DNA from: Thermoleophilaceae bacterium
Lineage (GTDB): Bacteria; Actinomycetota; Thermoleophilia; Solirubrobacterales; Thermoleophilaceae
DNA: 64,000 bases
Direction of reading: 5' to 3'
Assembly: GCA_036389835.1 (NCBI GenBank)
Contig: DASVWC010000017.1
Location: 10,877 to 74,876, forward strand
In this document: piece after piece, positions 29,364-38,947 of the stretch
Numbering within the stretch: position 1 is the first letter of the stretch
Layout: each line of letters starts with the position of its first letter
Notes under the pieces: generated by a model
Told to the model about the DNA's origin: nothing
Seen by the model: the letters and a program-made list of their open reading frames with translations, nothing else
The model's database searches: none
Made by a program: the position numbers and the translations under genes

Positions 29364-30028
29364 CGAGCGCTTGTGCGCTGCGCGAGCTCCGGCGGCTCCT
29401 GGCCGGGCGGCCCGAAGTAGTCGATCGGGCGCGCGGGGACGCCGGCGGCCAGGGTGTACGGCGGGATCGGCTTCGTCACCACCGCGTTCGCGCCGATCAC
29501 GCAGCGGGTGCCGAGGTTCGCGACGATCGTGCACTTCGAATGGACCTGGGCGCCGTCCTCGATCGTGATCGGCCGGTAGTCGTAGCCCTGCGAGAGGAAC
29601 GGCTTGTCCAGGTCGCGATAGCGGTGGCTCCCGTCGGCGACGAAGGTCGCCTGCCCGAGCCCGACCCGCTCCCCGATGTCGATCGACGTCGAGCAGGCGA
29701 GGATCACGTCGTAGGTCAGATACGACCCGTAGCCGATCGTGATCCGCCCGGTCCCCGTGATCTCCGCGCGGAAGTTGCGCCGGAACTCGACTCCGTCGGC
29801 GGCGATGAAGGTGCCGGGGCCCGGGATGTGGAGGTTGAAGCCCGGCCCGAGGTAGCAGTGCCTTCCGAACTCGATCGTCGCGTGCGGATGCCTGGCCTTG
29901 ACCCACGCCTTGCGAACCTCCGACATGAGCAGCGGCCCGTACCGGTATCCGAGCTTCTCCGGCAGGTAGCGCAGGAAGCCGCGCACGCGCTGGATCAAGG
30001 AACGTCTGCCCGTGCCCCCGTCGTCCAT
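29360..30028 (-). CDS. Left-handed beta-helix (hexapeptide) acyl/acetyltransferase
   Basis: 222 aa from the ATG at 30028, with IEDGAQVHSKCTIVANLGTRCVIGANAVV. Its stop overlaps the start of the downstream LbH gene. Confidence 0.8.
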   Translation of the reverse strand: MDDGGTGRRSLIQRVRGFLRYLPEKLGYRYGPLLMSEVRKAWVKARHPHATIEFGRHCYLGPGFNLHIPGPGTFIAADGVEFRRNFRAEITGTGRITIGYGSYLTYDVILACSTSIDIGERVGLGQATFVADGSHRYRDLDKPFLSQGYDYRPITIEDGAQVHSKCTIVANLGTRCVIGANAVVTKPIPPYTLAAGVPARPIDYFGPPGQEPPELAQRTSAR

Positions 30029-30039
30029 GGCCGCCGACC

Positions 30040-31038
30040 CTACTGCGCCCCCACCGCGCGCGCCGCCCGTTCGTCCGCCGCCAGGATCGTGCGCCGCGAG
30101 CGCATCCCCGCGCGGTGCACCCCCATCCACCAGCGCGCGCGGTCGCGCAGGGGCCCGTAGCGCGCCGGCCCGATCCGAGCGAGCGGCGCGTAGAGCGCCA
30201 GCCGCGCGGCCATCGCCGCGTAGCCCACGCCCGCAGTGGCCCACGTGCGCAGCAGCCCGCGGCGGCGCAGCATGAACGCGTAGGTCGCACCCATCCGCAC
30301 CTGCGTGCGGTCGTCGCCGAACTTCGCGAGCGTGGCCGCGCCGCCCTTGTGCAGCACGCGGGCGCTCGGCTCGTACCAGACCCTCCAGCCGCGCTCGCGC
30401 AGTCGCCAGGCCAGGTCCACGTCGTCGGCGTAGAGCCACATCTCGCGGTCGAAGCCGCCGGCGGCGTCGAAGGCCTCGCGGCGGATCAGCGCGAACGCGG
30501 CGAACACCCACGGCACGTGCCGCGGGCGGTCGGGGTTCCAGTGGCCCTCGAGGCAGAGCCTGTCGCCCAGGCCCGGGACGAGGCGGTGCAGGCCCAGCTC
30601 GCGCGCCAGCGTCGTGAGGAAGAACGGGAACGGGTAGACGGTGTGCTGGGTCGAGCCGTCCGGCAGGATCAGCCGCGGCGCGACGATCGCCGCCTCGGGG
30701 TGGCGCTCGGCGGCCTCGATCAGCGCCTCGAGCGCGCCCGGCGTGAGCTCGACGTCCTCGTTCGCGGTGGCGAGCCACTCGCCGCCGGTGCGGTCGGCGA
30801 TCAGGTTGACGGCCTGCGGGAAGCCGAGGTTCTCCGCCGACGCGATCAGCTCCACCCAGGGGAACTCCTCGCGCACCATCTCCGCCGACCCGTCCTCGGA
30901 CGCGTTGTCCGCGACCCAGACCTCGACCCGGCCGGCGTCGCGCTCCGGCTTCAGCGAGCGCAGGCACGCGGCGAGCAGCTCGCGCGCGTTCGTGTTGATG
31001 ACCGCCACGGTGATGGGGCTCGCCACGCGCGGCATCAT
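30040..31038 (-). CDS. Glycosyltransferase family 2
   Basis: 332 aa from the ATG at 31038, with ITVAVINTNARE, WVADNASEDGS and LYADDVDLAWR. Confidence 0.85.
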   Translation of the reverse strand: MMPRVASPITVAVINTNARELLAACLRSLKPERDAGRVEVWVADNASEDGSAEMVREEFPWVELIASAENLGFPQAVNLIADRTGGEWLATANEDVELTPGALEALIEAAERHPEAAIVAPRLILPDGSTQHTVYPFPFFLTTLARELGLHRLVPGLGDRLCLEGHWNPDRPRHVPWVFAAFALIRREAFDAAGGFDREMWLYADDVDLAWRLRERGWRVWYEPSARVLHKGGAATLAKFGDDRTQVRMGATYAFMLRRRGLLRTWATAGVGYAAMAARLALYAPLARIGPARYGPLRDRARWWMGVHRAGMRSRRTILAADERAARAVGAQ

Positions 31039-32234
31039 GCCAGCGGCGCCCGCGGGCGCGGTGCGGCCGCGGCGGCCTCGATCGCCGCGGCGATCGCCTC
31101 GTTGTAGGCGGCCTCGGTGAACGGCGCCGCGGTGCGCAGCCCGCCCTCGCGCAGGCGCTCGCGCAGCGCGCGGTCCCCGGCGAGCCGGCTCAGCGCGCGC
31201 GCCAGCGCCGCGGCCGAGTCGCGCGGCTCGAACAGCAGGCAGTTCTCCCCGTCGCGCAGGTACTCGGCCGAGCCGCCGGTGCCGGTCGCGACCACCGGCC
31301 GCCCGACCGTCATCGCCTCGAGCGGCACCAGCCCCCACGGCTCCTCCCAGCGCACCGGGAACGCGACGGCGTCGTGGCCGGCGTAGACCTCGCCGAGCCG
31401 CTCGCGCGGCTCCGCGCCGAGGCGCACGCGCTCCTCCAGCCCCAGCTCGCGCACGCGCGCGCGCAGGTCCGCCACGTAGCCGGGGTCGCCCGACCCCTGG
31501 AGCGTGAGCGTCGCCTCCGCGGGGAGGTGCGCCATGGCCTCGACGGCGGTGTCGACCCCCTTGCGCGGGTCGAGGCGCCCGACGTAGAGGACCCGCCAGC
31601 CCCACTCGCGCGCCGGCGCCGCGCGGAACAGCGACGCGTCCACGCCGGGGTGCGCGACCTCACCGCGGGCGAACGTCCACCCCGCGGCCGCCGACGCGCG
31701 GCGCGTGTGGTCGCTGTTGAAGAGCCAGGTGGCGGCGGAGCCGAGCTCCACCCGCGCGGGCAGCCCGGTCAGGCGCTCGGCGGCGGCGGCCAGCCGCGGA
31801 CGCGACCGCAACGGCCGCAGCCACGCGTCCATCCGCGGGCCCCAGGCCATCCACTCGTCCCCGACCACCCCGACGGCCGGAAGGCCGGCCCGGCGGACGC
31901 GCTCCACCAGGCCGAGCGACATCCCGCCCATCGCCCACCAGTTGACCACGTCGGGCCGGTGCTCGCCCAGGTGGCGGTCGAGCACCGCGGCGTTGTGGCG
32001 CTCGAGCGCGACCCGCTCGCGCCAGCCGCGGCGCGGGAAGGCGTGGTCGCGCCAGTACCAGCGCAGCTCGCGGTGCACGCCCGGGTCCTCCGGCTCCCCG
32101 GCCGCCTCCGGCGCGCGGTGGTCGGTCGTGAGCACCCGCACGTCGTGGCCGCGCTCGCGCAGGTGGCCGACCGCCGCCCGCCAGGTGGCCTCGTAGCCGC
32201 CGCGCAGGTCGTGCGGCGGGTACATGCTCCCCAC
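31035..32234 (-). CDS. Glycosyltransferase family 4 (GT-B)
   Basis: About 399 aa with GRLDPRKG and WEEPWGLVPLEAMTVGRPVVAT. The start is GTG 32234 or ATG 32225, directly after the upstream stop. Confidence 0.8.
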   Translation of the reverse strand: MGSMYPPHDLRGGYEATWRAAVGHLRERGHDVRVLTTDHRAPEAAGEPEDPGVHRELRWYWRDHAFPRRGWRERVALERHNAAVLDRHLGEHRPDVVNWWAMGGMSLGLVERVRRAGLPAVGVVGDEWMAWGPRMDAWLRPLRSRPRLAAAAERLTGLPARVELGSAATWLFNSDHTRRASAAAGWTFARGEVAHPGVDASLFRAAPAREWGWRVLYVGRLDPRKGVDTAVEAMAHLPAEATLTLQGSGDPGYVADLRARVRELGLEERVRLGAEPRERLGEVYAGHDAVAFPVRWEEPWGLVPLEAMTVGRPVVATGTGGSAEYLRDGENCLLFEPRDSAAALARALSRLAGDRALRERLREGGLRTAAPFTEAAYNEAIAAAIEAAAAAPRPRAPLA

Positions 32235-32251
32235 GCTGAGGACGCGCAGGG

Positions 32252-33115
32252 CTACCGCCGCACCTCGTTCGGGATCAGGCGGCCGAGCTCCATCGCCCAC
32301 TGGGTCCCGAGGTCGGCCATGGCCAGCCGCGCCTCCTCGCGCTCGCCGCGCGCGTAGCGCGCCGCGGACGCGGCCGAGCTCTGGAGCGTCCACTTCACGA
32401 GGCCGGGCCAGCTCCCGCGCCCGGGCGCCGAGCCCGGATACGCCCGGTCGAGCCAGCCGGCCCCCGACCCGTGCCGCATCCGCTGGCGCAGCAGCCGGCG
32501 GAGGGTGTCGCGGTTGCGGTGGACCACGACCGCCCGCTCGCGCGACTCGAGCTCCCAGCCCGCCGCGCGGAGGCGAAAGCACAGGTCGGCGTCGCCCCCG
32601 GAGCGGATGTCGTCGCGGAAGCCCCCGACCGCCTCGAACGCGCTACGGCGCACCGCGCAGCTCGCGGTCTGGGCGTACGCCCAGCGCCCGCGCAGGGTGT
32701 TGCGGTGGTCGAGCGTGCCACGCGCCGCCGAGTAGCGCAGCGCGAACGGAGCGCCGTCCGGCGGCGGCTCGTCCACGATCGCGCCGGCCAGCACGGCCGT
32801 GCGCGCGCCCGGCTCGGGGTCGAAGTAGCGCTCGAGCAGGTCCGGCTCGGGAAGCACGTCCGCGTCGAGGAAGACGATCCAGTCGGCGGACCCGGCCGCG
32901 GCGCCGACGTTGCGCGCGTGGTAGGACGAGCGCACCCGCGGCGCGGGCACGACACGGACGCCGGCCGCCGCGCCCGCGGCCCCCGGGCGGTTGTCGGCCA
33001 CCGTCACGCTGTCGCCGTCCGCCAGCGCCAGCCCGGCGAGCGTCGCCCGCACGCGGGCCAGCTCGTCGTCCGTCCCCGCGAACGGCGTCACGACGTCGAC
33101 CGGTGGCCTCCCCAT
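32252..33115 (-). CDS. Glycosyltransferase family 2-like
   Basis: 287 aa from the ATG at 33115, with VDVVTPFAG and a FLDADV DxD motif. Confidence 0.75.
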   Translation of the reverse strand: MGRPPVDVVTPFAGTDDELARVRATLAGLALADGDSVTVADNRPGAAGAAAGVRVVPAPRVRSSYHARNVGAAAGSADWIVFLDADVLPEPDLLERYFDPEPGARTAVLAGAIVDEPPPDGAPFALRYSAARGTLDHRNTLRGRWAYAQTASCAVRRSAFEAVGGFRDDIRSGGDADLCFRLRAAGWELESRERAVVVHRNRDTLRRLLRQRMRHGSGAGWLDRAYPGSAPGRGSWPGLVKWTLQSSAASAARYARGEREEARLAMADLGTQWAMELGRLIPNEVRR

Positions 33116-33126
33116 GCGCCGCGAAC

Positions 33127-33146
33127 CGTAACGCCGCCGCGTTACG
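33127..33146. promoter_or_regulatory. Perfect 8-4-8 inverted repeat in a divergent intergenic region (candidate operator)
   Basis: The sequence is cgtaacgc-cgcc-gcgttacg. It sits in the middle of the 40-bp gap between the divergent starts at 33115 (-) and 33156 (+). Confidence 0.35.
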
Positions 33147-33155
33147 CTCAGGCCG

Positions 33156-33956
33156 GTGCCCGAGCCGCGCGTCAGCGTCGTCATCCGCACGAAGGACGAG
33201 GCGAGGGACCTCGGCGGCGTGCTCGAGAGCCTCGACGCGCAGACCGTGGGACGCGACGACGTGGAGACGATCGTCGTGGACTCGGGCTCGGCCGACGGCA
33301 CCGTCGCGATCGCGCGCGAGCGCGGCGCCCGCGTGATCGAGATCGCACCCGAGTCGTTCACGTTCGGCGGCGCGCTCAACACCGGCGCGGAGGCCGCGCG
33401 GGCGGCGGTGATCCTCGCGCTCTCCGGGCACGCCTACCTCCCGGACGACGCCTGGCTCGAGCGGCTGCTCGCCCACTTCGAGGACGAGCGCGTGGCCTGC
33501 GCCACCGGCGCTGGCGACGGGCCCGACGGCGCCGCGCTGACCGAGCCGGTGCTCCAGGACGCCGAGCTGGCCCGGCGCAACCCGTACTGGGGCTACTCGA
33601 ACGCCGCGGGCGCCTTCCGCGCCGGCCTCTGGCGCGAGCGCCCGTTCCGCGAGGACATGCCGGGCACCGAGGACAAGGAGTGGGCCTGGCACTGGCTGAT
33701 GCGCGGCCGCGTCGTCGCGATCGACCCGCGGCTGATCACGCACCACGACCACTCGCACGACCCGCCGGCCGACTGCTACCGGCGCGCGCACCGCGAGTGG
33801 GTCGGCTTCGGGATGTACCTCGACGTGGGTCCCGCCGGCGTGGGCGAGATCGTCCGCAAGGGGCTCGCCAACCCGTACTGGAAGATGCGCCTCCACCCGA
33901 GCGCCTGGGCCGCCCTGGCCGGCGAGTACGCGGCACGGAGGCGGTTCCGGCGCTGA
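33156..33956 (+). CDS. Glycosyltransferase family 2
   Basis: 266 aa with VSVVIRTKDEA and IVVDSGSADGT. Confidence 0.8.
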   Translation: MPEPRVSVVIRTKDEARDLGGVLESLDAQTVGRDDVETIVVDSGSADGTVAIARERGARVIEIAPESFTFGGALNTGAEAARAAVILALSGHAYLPDDAWLERLLAHFEDERVACATGAGDGPDGAALTEPVLQDAELARRNPYWGYSNAAGAFRAGLWRERPFREDMPGTEDKEWAWHWLMRGRVVAIDPRLITHHDHSHDPPADCYRRAHREWVGFGMYLDVGPAGVGEIVRKGLANPYWKMRLHPSAWAALAGEYAARRRFRR

Positions 33957-35131
33957 TGCGCGTCGCGATCCTGCTCACGGTCGAGTCGTTCGAGCACTTC
34001 TTCGAGGACCAGCTCGGCGTGGACGCGGCGGCCTACGTGGAGGGCTACCGCAACGACTGGGCGTGGGACTACTGCGCCGCGCTCGCCGCCCGCGGCGCCG
34101 AGCCGCTCGTATACGTCCCCTCGCTGCGGGAGTCGGGGCTCCGGCCGACGCCGGACGGCTACGCGGTGCGGTTCGTCCCGCTCGGGCGCGGCTACCGCCC
34201 GTGGGTGCGCTTCCCGGTGCTCAAGCGCAGCCCGCTCGGGCGCTACGCCGCCCAGGCCGCCAGCGCCGCGACGATGCTCGCCCCGCTGCGCGCCGGCCTC
34301 GCCGAGGACCGCGTCGACGTGCTGCTCGTGCAGGAGTACTGGACGGCGCGCTTCGACCTCTTCGCCGCGCGGCTCGAGACGCCGATCGTCGCCGTGGACC
34401 AGGGCCTCCCCGACAGGCGCGAGCTGAAGGCGCTGAAGCGCAGGACGCTGCCGCGCGCCGCACGCGTCGTCGTCCAGACCGGCGCGGAGGCCGAGAAGGT
34501 GCGCCGCTACGGCGGCGACCCGGTCCAGATCCCGAACGGCGTGGACACCGACCGCTTCGCCCCCGACCCCGCGGTCGAGCGCGAGCCGGGGCTGGTCGTC
34601 TGCGCGGCGCGCCTCGCCGACGCGCACAAGCGCCAGTCCGACCTGATCCGCGCGATCGCGCGGCTGGACGAGCCCTGGCGCCTCGAGCTGCTCGGCATCG
34701 GCCCCGACGAGCAGCTCCTCCGCTCGCTCGCCGCCGAGCTGGGCGTGGCCGGCCGGGTCGAGTTCGCGGGCTTCGTCTCCGACAAGGACGAGCTGCGCGA
34801 GCGCTTCCGCCGCTGCTCGGTCTTCGCGCTGCCGTCCGCGTTCGAGGGCCTGCCGGTCGCGCTGCTCGAGGCGATGAGCGCCGGCGCGCCGGCGGTCGGC
34901 TCCGACATCCCGCCGATCGCCGAGGTGGTCGAGGACGGCGTGAACGGGCGCCTCGTCCCGGTCGCCAGCCCCGCGGCCCTGGCCGACGCGATCGCCGCGG
35001 TCGGCGCCGCCCATGAGCCATACTCGGCGCGGGCTCGCGAAGCCATCGTCCGGCGCTTCGGATCCGCGCGGATGGGGGCCGAGCTCGAGCGCGTGATCGC
35101 CGCTGCAACGGAAACTGCTACGAGCGCATGA
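33956..35131 (+). CDS. Glycosyltransferase family 4 (GT-B)
   Basis: The ATG at 33956 overlaps the previous stop (TGATG). The 391-aa protein has ARLADAHKRQ and PSAFEGLPVALLEAMSAGAPAV. Confidence 0.85.
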   Translation: MRVAILLTVESFEHFFEDQLGVDAAAYVEGYRNDWAWDYCAALAARGAEPLVYVPSLRESGLRPTPDGYAVRFVPLGRGYRPWVRFPVLKRSPLGRYAAQAASAATMLAPLRAGLAEDRVDVLLVQEYWTARFDLFAARLETPIVAVDQGLPDRRELKALKRRTLPRAARVVVQTGAEAEKVRRYGGDPVQIPNGVDTDRFAPDPAVEREPGLVVCAARLADAHKRQSDLIRAIARLDEPWRLELLGIGPDEQLLRSLAAELGVAGRVEFAGFVSDKDELRERFRRCSVFALPSAFEGLPVALLEAMSAGAPAVGSDIPPIAEVVEDGVNGRLVPVASPAALADAIAAVGAAHEPYSARAREAIVRRFGSARMGAELERVIAAATETATSA

Positions 35132-35167
35132 CGGAGGTGCCATTCTGAGCGCGGGAAACGCCTGGAA

Positions 35168-36160
35168 ATGAAGGACCCCGGGACACAGCCGACCAGCTCC
35201 GACGCGGCGCAGCGCGCCCGCGAGGCCGCCGTGCGGCAGCTCAGGACCGTCACGCGCACGCCGGACCCGGTCGAGGAGCCGACCCGCCCGATCCCCATCG
35301 ACCCCGCCACCAACGGGCACTCCGAGCCCGTCCCCGCCGCCGGCGACGGCGACGGGGGGCGCACGCGGATCGTCGGCCCGCTCGAGGCCGTCCTGCGCCA
35401 TCCCCTCCTCGCCCTGATCCCGCTCGTCCTGCTCGTGGCGGGCGGCGCCTATCTCGCCAGCGCCCGCACGCCCGAGTACACGGCGAAGGCGCGCGTGAAC
35501 GTCGGCCGCGCCGACATCCCCGCCTACGTCCTCCAGAACGCGAGCTACGGCAACCAGGTGGTCGCCGCCAGCTACGCGCGCAGCATCGACGCCGCGCCCG
35601 TCGTCCAGGCCGCCGCCCAGCAGACCGGGCTGCCGGTCGGCACCGCGCGCGACCGGCTGAGCGCCACCACGATCCCGGACAGCACGCTGATCCAGGTCGA
35701 GGCCACCGGCCCCTCGTCCAACGACGCGAGCGGCCTCGCGAACGCCGGCGCGCGCTCGCTGATCGCCTACCTCAAGCGGATCACCCGCAGCGACGAGGGC
35801 GCGCGAGCGCTGCGCCGCTACCGCGACGCCCAGGCGGTCCTACGGCGGCTCGAGCTTCGGCTCGACCGGCTGCGGAGGTCGAACGCCAACGCCCGCCGCG
35901 TCGCGCGCGCGCAGCTCGCGGTCGACGCCGCCGGCCTCGAGGCCTCGCAGTACGCGAACCTCTACCGCCAGGCCGAGACCGCCGAGGGATCCTCCAGCGC
36001 GCCGTTGACGCTGCTCGCCCCGGCCGCGAAGGCCGACTCCGACCGGCGCAGCGTGCTCGAGCAGACGATCGTCATCGCCCTCGCCGCCGGGCTCGTGCTC
36101 GGCGTCGGGCTCGCGCTGCTCGCCGCCAACTGGCGGACGCTGCGCGCCCTCCGGGAGTGA
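35168..36160 (+). CDS. Wzz-like polysaccharide co-polymerase / chain-length determinant (no kinase domain)
   Basis: 330 aa. One N-terminal TM (LLALIPLVLLVAGGAYLA) and one C-terminal TM flank a coiled-coil-rich periplasmic-type domain. Confidence 0.7.
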   Translation: MKDPGTQPTSSDAAQRAREAAVRQLRTVTRTPDPVEEPTRPIPIDPATNGHSEPVPAAGDGDGGRTRIVGPLEAVLRHPLLALIPLVLLVAGGAYLASARTPEYTAKARVNVGRADIPAYVLQNASYGNQVVAASYARSIDAAPVVQAAAQQTGLPVGTARDRLSATTIPDSTLIQVEATGPSSNDASGLANAGARSLIAYLKRITRSDEGARALRRYRDAQAVLRRLELRLDRLRRSNANARRVARAQLAVDAAGLEASQYANLYRQAETAEGSSSAPLTLLAPAAKADSDRRSVLEQTIVIALAAGLVLGVGLALLAANWRTLRALRE

Positions 36161-37554
36161 CCGCCCGCCAGACCCTCGCCCTGCGCCTGGCGGTCGTGCC
36201 GCTGATGGCGCTGCTCGCCTACGCGGGTGCCGAGGCGGCGGCGGCCCCCACGCCCGACGAGGGCTTCACCCGGGCGTTCGCGATCGTCGCGGGCACCGGC
36301 CTGTTCGTGGCGGCGGCGCTGGTGCGGCCGTCGTGGACGATCACGGCGGGGCTCGTGCTGAGCCTCTTCTCGAGCCACTGGGAGAAGATGGACGTCCCGC
36401 TCGACCTCGACCGGATGATGCTCGGCGTGGGCGTCCTGTCGCTGCTCTACCGCGAGTGGCGCCACCGCGACGGGCGGCTCCAGACGCGGCCGGTGGACTG
36501 GGTCCTGTTCGTGATCGCGCTCTACGCGCTCGTCTCGGCGGGGCTGGCCGGCGAGCTCGACGTGCGCAGCTCGCGCTTCGGGCTGATCGACCGCTTCGGG
36601 CTGATCCCGTTCATCCTCTTCTTCGCCGCCCCGTTCGCGTTCAGGACCGAGCGCGATCGCCGCATCCTGCTCGCGGCGATAGTCGGGATCGGCGCCTACC
36701 TGTCGGTCACCGCGGTCCTCGAGACGACCGGCCCGGAGGCCGTGATCGTCCCGCACTACATCACCGACGACAGCGTGGGCATCCACGCCGATCGCGCGCG
36801 CGGGCCGTTCCTCGACGGCGCCGCCAACGGAATCGCGCTGTTCGGGTGCGGGATCGCCGCGGTGATCGCGTTCGGGCGCTGGCGCGACAGGCGCTGGCGC
36901 GCGTTCGCGCTCGTCGTGGCCGGGCTGTGCGCGCTCGGGGTCCTGCTCGCGCTCACGCGGGTGGTCTGGCTCTCGGCGCTGATCGGAGCGCCGGTCGCGA
37001 TGGCGTGCGCGCGCGAGACCCGGCGCTTCCTCGTCCCGGCCGCGGGGGCGGCGTTCGTGGTGATCGCGGTCGCGCTGGCCGCGGTCCCGGGGCTGCGCGA
37101 GAAGGTCGACGACCGCACGAACGACAAGCAGCCCGTCTACGACCGCCGCAACTCCAACAGCGCCGCGCTGCGGATGATCGACGACCGGCCGCTGTTCGGC
37201 TTCGGCTGGGGCACGTTCGAGGAGGAGAGCAAGCCCTACTACCGGCAGGCGGAGGAGTACCCGCTGACGCTGGTGCGCGACCTCCACAACGTCTACCTCT
37301 CGAACGCCGTGGAGCTCGGGCTGGTCGGCACGCTGCTCTGGATGGCCGCGCTCGTCTACGCGATCGGGGGCGCGATCGTGCGCCGCGGCCCCCCGGAGCT
37401 GCGCTGGTGGAAGATCGGGCTGGTCGCCTACGCGGTCGGCCTGGCCGTCTCGTGGACCTCGAACCCGGCCGACTACGCGCTGCCCACGCTGCTGCTCTGG
37501 CTCTGGGCGGGCGTGGCCTGGGGCGGGCGCGAGCACACCGCTCCGGCCACCTGA
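36157..37554 (+). CDS. O-antigen ligase/polymerase family membrane protein (Wzy_C type)
   Basis: 465 aa with about 10-12 TM helices and the large-loop motif RARGPFLDGAANGIALF. Its start overlaps the wzz-like stop. Confidence 0.75.
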   Translation: MTARQTLALRLAVVPLMALLAYAGAEAAAAPTPDEGFTRAFAIVAGTGLFVAAALVRPSWTITAGLVLSLFSSHWEKMDVPLDLDRMMLGVGVLSLLYREWRHRDGRLQTRPVDWVLFVIALYALVSAGLAGELDVRSSRFGLIDRFGLIPFILFFAAPFAFRTERDRRILLAAIVGIGAYLSVTAVLETTGPEAVIVPHYITDDSVGIHADRARGPFLDGAANGIALFGCGIAAVIAFGRWRDRRWRAFALVVAGLCALGVLLALTRVVWLSALIGAPVAMACARETRRFLVPAAGAAFVVIAVALAAVPGLREKVDDRTNDKQPVYDRRNSNSAALRMIDDRPLFGFGWGTFEEESKPYYRQAEEYPLTLVRDLHNVYLSNAVELGLVGTLLWMAALVYAIGGAIVRRGPPELRWWKIGLVAYAVGLAVSWTSNPADYALPTLLLWLWAGVAWGGREHTAPAT

Positions 37555-37555
37555 G

Positions 37556-38917
37556 TCAGAGCGCGTTCGAGTAGACGACCGTCACGCAGCCGGCGAGCTG
37601 GAGCACGCTGAGCGCAGCCATCGCCGCGAGCGCCCGCCGGCGCGCCGGCCCCTCGCGTGCCGCGCCGCCGCGCCCGGCGAGGACGATCGCGGCGAGCAGC
37701 GCGAGCACCGCGAGCACGGTCGGCTCGAAGTAGCGCTGGTAGGTCCTGTTCGTGCTGGTCTGGGCGAGGACGAGCGACGCGAGCACGACCATGAGCACGA
37801 GCGCCGGCCGCGTCATCGCGGCGCGCTCGGCCGCCCGCCACAGCGCCACCAGCAGGACCGCGCCGGCTGGTGCGAGCACCGCGATCACCAGCGAGCGGTC
37901 GGCCACCACCGGCCCGAGGTCGACGAGCTTCCAGAGGCCGCCGCCGGTCCGCCGGCCCTCGAGCTCGGCGGACTCGGAGGTGGGAACCGCGAGCGCGAAG
38001 GCCAGCGCCGCCGCCGCGGCCACGCGCGGCGCGCGCCCGCGCAGGAGGTCGGAGCGATCGACCACCGGCACCGCGAAGAACGCCCCGAAGATGCCCACCA
38101 GGCCGAGCGTGAACGGGGCGGCGGCGGGGCTGAAGCCACCCTGCTGGACGGTCGGCGGCGTCGTCTGGCCCCAGGCCGCGAACAGCGCGGCGAGGCTGGC
38201 GAGCGCGGGAATCAGGGCCGCGCCGGCCAGGACGACCGGGCGCAGGCTCCGCCGGCCGCCCGCGGCCGGCGCGAAGCCGGGGATCAGCCCGCCGGCGAGC
38301 GCCGCCGCGAAGGCGAACGGCCCCGCGACCCAGAGCGCGAGCTGGCGCACCCAGATCGCCAGGAAGACGAACGCGCCACCGGTCGCGAAGCCGCGCCCGC
38401 TCTCCTGGAGGCGCAGCGACAGCCCGATCGCCAGCAGGATGAACAGCATCGCGGCGTTGTCGGTGTTGATCCAGGCCGCCGACTGGAGCACGTAGTGCGA
38501 GAGCAGGATCGGGAGCGTGAGCGCGAGCGCGAGCCAGCGATCGACGTAGCGGCACATCAGCCAGAACGCGACCAGCACCATCGCCAGCGAGAAGGTCGCG
38601 CCGAACGCCTCGAGGGCGGCGCGCTCGGGCGTCAGCAGCCGCGCGAACACGCTCAGCACCAGGTGGTAGCCGGGCGTCGTCGCGGTCGGGATGTTCACGA
38701 GATCCGGCGTGGGCAGCTCGTAGCCGATCTTGAGCGCCGTCGGCAGGTGGAAGCCGCGCTCGTCGACGGCGCCAGCAGTGCCCGCCCCGCCCGACACGAT
38801 CACCGGCGTGACCAGCGCCACGAAGACCGCGGTCAGCAGGAGCTCGGGCGCGCGCTTGCGCGCCGCCGCGGACAGCCGCCCGAGGAGCGGCGCGCGCAGG
38901 GGCGGGGACGCTCTCAC
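37556..38917 (-). CDS. Polytopic membrane protein, GT-C-like
   Basis: 453 aa with more than 10 TM helices. The first loop is DERGFH...TTPGYHLVL, which recalls the PPGYP loops of the two PMT_2-like paralogs. It lies 30 nt downstream of the lasso-leader/LPXTG gene on the same strand. Confidence 0.7.
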   Translation of the reverse strand: MRASPPLRAPLLGRLSAAARKRAPELLLTAVFVALVTPVIVSGGAGTAGAVDERGFHLPTALKIGYELPTPDLVNIPTATTPGYHLVLSVFARLLTPERAALEAFGATFSLAMVLVAFWLMCRYVDRWLALALTLPILLSHYVLQSAAWINTDNAAMLFILLAIGLSLRLQESGRGFATGGAFVFLAIWVRQLALWVAGPFAFAAALAGGLIPGFAPAAGGRRSLRPVVLAGAALIPALASLAALFAAWGQTTPPTVQQGGFSPAAAPFTLGLVGIFGAFFAVPVVDRSDLLRGRAPRVAAAAALAFALAVPTSESAELEGRRTGGGLWKLVDLGPVVADRSLVIAVLAPAGAVLLVALWRAAERAAMTRPALVLMVVLASLVLAQTSTNRTYQRYFEPTVLAVLALLAAIVLAGRGGAAREGPARRRALAAMAALSVLQLAGCVTVVYSNAL

Positions 38918-38947
38918 CGGCGGTCAGTCTCGCAGGACGGGTGGCGG

